A stretch of DNA of 64,000 nt from Octopus bimaculoides (taxonomy: Eukaryota), in NCBI RefSeq assembly GCF_001194135.2, contig NC_068982.1:186706865-186770864 (forward strand), read 5' to 3'. The notes beneath the pieces were generated by a model, which was not told the origin of the DNA, did no database searches, and worked only from the letters and a program-made list of their open reading frames with translations. Below, piece by piece: positions 60,541-64,000 of the stretch. The position numbers were made by a program, and so were the translations under genes. How positions within the stretch are numbered: position 1 is the stretch's first letter; every line of letters begins with the position of its first letter.

Positions 60541-62959
60541 CAAAAGAGAAGGGAACATACATACATATGATGGTACTTATTACAATTCTTCACAGGGACA
60601 TCTAGTTTCATATTGGCCAGAAATCCTTGTTGCAAGGATTACAGCATAGTATAAAACTACAACAAGTCCATGTGAAATTTTCGGCTTTCCAATATCCACA
60701 CGACAGGTGACCACAGCTGGAAGTTTTGATCATAGGCCTTCTACAATGGGGTTCACTGAGTGTAAACAACAACTATAGAGGTTCCAATCCCACCAGTGTC
60801 CTTATGTCAGGGGTTCTCAACCATTTTTTGCTTTTGGATCTCTTTGGTTTCTTTTTAACTCAGATGGACCCATCATCAACATTGTTTAATGTCTGCTTTC
60901 CATGCTGGCATGGGTTGGATGGTTTGACTAGGGACTGGCAAGCCAGGAGGCTGCACCAGGCTCAATCCAATCTGGCAATGTTTCTGTAGTGGGTGCTTTT
61001 TTACATGCCACCGGCATGGGAGCCAGAGGGGGCTGGCACTGACATTGACCCCTCTCCTTGCCACCGATGTTATCCAAAAGAAAGGCAAAGGCTGATACAA
61101 GTTGACCCCAGTGACGTCGCAACTCGTTTCTACAGATTAGTGAACTTGGAGCAATGTGAAATAAAGTGTCTTGCTCAAGAACACAACACACAGCCCTGTC
61201 CGGGATTCGAACTCCCAACTTCACGGTCGTAAGTTCGATGCTCTAACCACTGAGCCATGCGCCTTTACTTGCCTGTATAAGAATATTATAAACTATTTGG
61301 AGAGAGACCTTCTCTTTGATGAGTGATGTTAAAGCATCCTTTAGGGTATTATGTGTGATTTGACTGCAAGTACATTAATAATATTTGAAAACTTGAGTAC
61401 TACGGGGTGTGAGAGTGGACTGTGGGAGTGGGAAAGAAGGAAAAGCCGCTGGCTGGTGATAGAAAGGGACCTAATTCCGTAACATATCAAATATTCCTAA
61501 CAGAAAAAAAAAAATTTTTTAATCAACACTGAGAGTAACCTCCCTTGACCCATAAACTGAAATGCTATCACTACATGATATATGCGGCGAGCTGGCAGAA
61601 TCGTTAGCACGTCGGGCGAAATGCTTACCGGTGTTTCGTCTGTCGTTACGTTCTCGGGGTTCAAATTGCGTCGTGGTCCACTTTGCTTTCATCCTTTCGG
61701 AGTTGATTAAATAAGTACCAATTACACACTGTGGTCAGTGTAATCGACTTAATCCCTTCCTCTGTCCTTGTTTGTACCCTCTATGTTTAGCCCCTTGTGG
61801 GCAATAAAGAAATAAATATATAAGGTATGTATAAGGCGGCGAGCTAGCAGAGTCGTTAGCACGCCGGACAAAATGGTTAGGGGCAATTTGTCCGTCTTTA
61901 CATTCTCAGTTCAAAGTCCCCACGAAGTCGACTTTGCCTTCCAGTCTTTCAGGGTCGATAAAATAAGTACCAGATGAGCATTGGGGTCCATGTAATCGAC
62001 TTGTCTCACTCCCATAGTTGCTGGCCTAGTGTCAAAATTTGATACCAGTATATAAAGTGTGTGTNNNNNNNNNNTGTGTGTGTGTCTGTAAACATATATC
62101 ATCATCATCGTAACCAATTAATGTCTGTTTTCCTTGAGGCCTGGGTTGAGCGGTTTGCCAGGATCCAGCGAGCTGCAGGGCTGCATCAAGCTCCGATGCC
62201 TGCTGCTTTGGCAGGGTTTCTACAACTGGCTTTCTTTCCAAATGCCAACCACTTTACAGAGAGGACTGGCTTCCAGAAACTACTGAGGTTCACAAGTGAC
62301 TTGCAAGATAGGTGAAAGGATAAGAAAAAGAAAAAGCTCCTTTGACATGGTGGGTGAGTATTTCAGAAGGTTCTTTATGCCAGGTGTGGTGAGGTTGAAG
62401 TGTGCCAGAAGGACATGTGCAGGTGTCTTGCTATAGAAAAGAAACATGGCTACCTTGCATTATATAAGGGTAGGTATGGGGATCTGGGAAGATGGTATGA
62501 TGATAGTGATGGGGTGCCAGAGCAAAGCCTCAAGAAGGAAGCGAGGGTATGGACAGTGGGCTGGGAAAAGAAAGGATGGGTTAGGTGGGGGTTTTAAGAC
62601 TGAGGGGAGAGTAACAGATGGAGATGAAGGTTTCCCCCCCCCCCAGCATCGCTTGACAACCGATGCTGGTGTGTTTACCTCCCCCATAACTTAGCGGTTC
62701 GGCAAAAGAGACCGATAGAATAAGTACTAGGCTTACAAAGAATAAGCTCTGGGGTTGATTTGCTCGACTATAAAGGCCGTGCTCCAGCATGCCCGCAGTC
62801 AAATGACTGAAACAAGTAAAAGAGTAATATATTAAAATATTTGATTTGGTTTCAAATTTTGGCACAAGGCCAGCAAATTCAGGAGGGGTTAAGTTGATAA
62901 CTCTGACCCTCAGTAGTCAACTGGTGCTGATTTTTCAATCATAAGGTGATATGCTGCAT

Positions 62960-63592
62960 TTGAGAAGACCTATTGAGTCAAGTAAAATCAAAATCAAAAT
63001 GGAAATTGTTGTGGCCGATGCCAGTGCCATGGGACTGGTGCCCATGTTGCTGGTATGCAATAAGCACCATTCAAGTGCAAGTCAATGCCAGTGCCTCCTG
63101 ACTGGTTCCACATGCCGGTGGTACATAAAAAGCACCGTCTGAACGTGGTCGATGCTGCTGCCTCCCAACTGGCTCCTGTGCTGGTGGCACGTAAAAAGCA
63201 CCTTCCGAATGTGGTTGATGCCAGTGCTCCCCAACTGGCTCCTGTGCCAATGGGACATAAAGAGCACCATCCAAGCGTGGTTGATACCAGTGCCCCCACC
63301 CCCACCAGCCACCCACCCACCTACCCAACTGGCTCCTGTGCTGGTGGCATGTAAACAGCACTATTTGAGTGTGGTCGATGCCAGTACCGCCTAAATGGCC
63401 CTGTGCCGGTGGCAAATAAAAAGCACCCACTACACTCTCAGAGTGGTTTGGCGTTACGAAGGGCATCAAGCTGTAGAAACCTTGCCAGATCAGATTGGAG
63501 CCTGCTGCAGCCTCCTAGCTTGCCAGTCCTCAGTCAAACCTTCCAACCCATGCCAGCATGGAAAGTGGACATAAAAAGATGATGATGATGAA
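62960..63592 (+). repeat. RTE 3'-UTR-derived interspersed repeat, longest copy. Other copies at about 13790-14205(-), 23030-23378(+), 25000-25480(+), 28590-28888(+), 30580-30787(+), 32790-33350(-), 35070-35388(+), 35920-36277(+), 40450-40795(-), 54480-54620(-), 60870-61030(-)
   Basis: Shared tail AAGCACCCACTACACTCTC...AGGAAGGGCATCCAGCTGTAGAAAC...CCATGCCAGCATGGAAAGCGGACGTTAAACGATGATG, matching the 3' end of the RTE at 51.7 kb. Confidence 0.88.
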
Positions 63593-63817
63593 AGGATGAA
63601 AAGCAAACAGAATTTGACTTTGGCAGAATTTGAACTTAGAATGTAAAGATGGACAAAATGCTGCTAGGCGTTTTGCCCAATGTGCTAATTATTCTTTTAC
63701 TGTTTGTGTTAGTTATTACCGTCTCATTATGTCTCTCCAAGACCCTTGTGTGTAAGTGTTCAATATCTTTCCTCCTTCCAGTGCTGATCAATATCTTATG
63801 TGTCAACATTGACAAGA

Positions 63818-64000
63818 CAGGGGTCAGTGCTGGGGCCAATACATTTCCTTCTCTCTATCAACGACTTGCCAGATTTCCTTGATGGAAGAGTCCTCCTATT
63901 TGCAGACGACTTCAAACTTGTCTCACCTAGGAATCAATACGACATATTCCAATCATCATTGAAACAAGCTTGGAATTGGGTGAAAGAATGCGATCTGCCC
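63818..64000 (+). mobile_element. CR1/Jockey-group LINE reverse transcriptase fragment, continuing beyond the window
   Basis: Open frame QGSVLGPIHFLLSINDLPDFLDGRVLLFADDFKLVSP...WNWVKECDLP containing the FADD catalytic motif. Confidence 0.85.

Noticed and set aside
62960-63420. Regularly spaced repeats as a CRISPR-like array
   Set aside because: Whole units are homologous with no unique spacers, there are no cas genes, and the context is eukaryotic; it is an RTE 3' UTR tandem repeat.

Overview
AT-rich, repeat-dense eukaryotic genomic scaffold with N gaps. The repeat content (abundant tRNA-derived SINEs, RTE LINEs, (AT)n/(CA)n tracts) looks like a coleoid cephalopod, probably Octopus; this is inference, not proven. 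The only protein-coding gene I can support is a complete FAM76A/B co-orthologue on the minus strand. It has 9 coding exons from ATG 45612 to TGA 22273, all GT-AG with consistent phases, totalling 1578 nt = 525 aa. It carries a long charged repeat insertion and a His tract in exon 5. Nearly all listed ORFs are microsatellite, gap or transposon artefacts. The rest of the window is three SINE families, RTE and CR1-like LINE fragments, mariner, maT (DD37D), hAT, piggyBac-like and Merlin-like DNA elements, and an LTR remnant with a tRNA-Trp primer-binding site. The most interesting items are: a minimal type I hammerhead ribozyme at 7822-7864, part of a dispersed repeat; a 250-bp-arm mariner fold-back in FAM76 intron 1; an LTR loaded with housekeeping-promoter motifs upstream of FAM76; and an orphan CpG-rich promoter/first-exon candidate at 9.7-10.9 kb. 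I found no CRISPR array, rRNA or bona fide tRNA gene.
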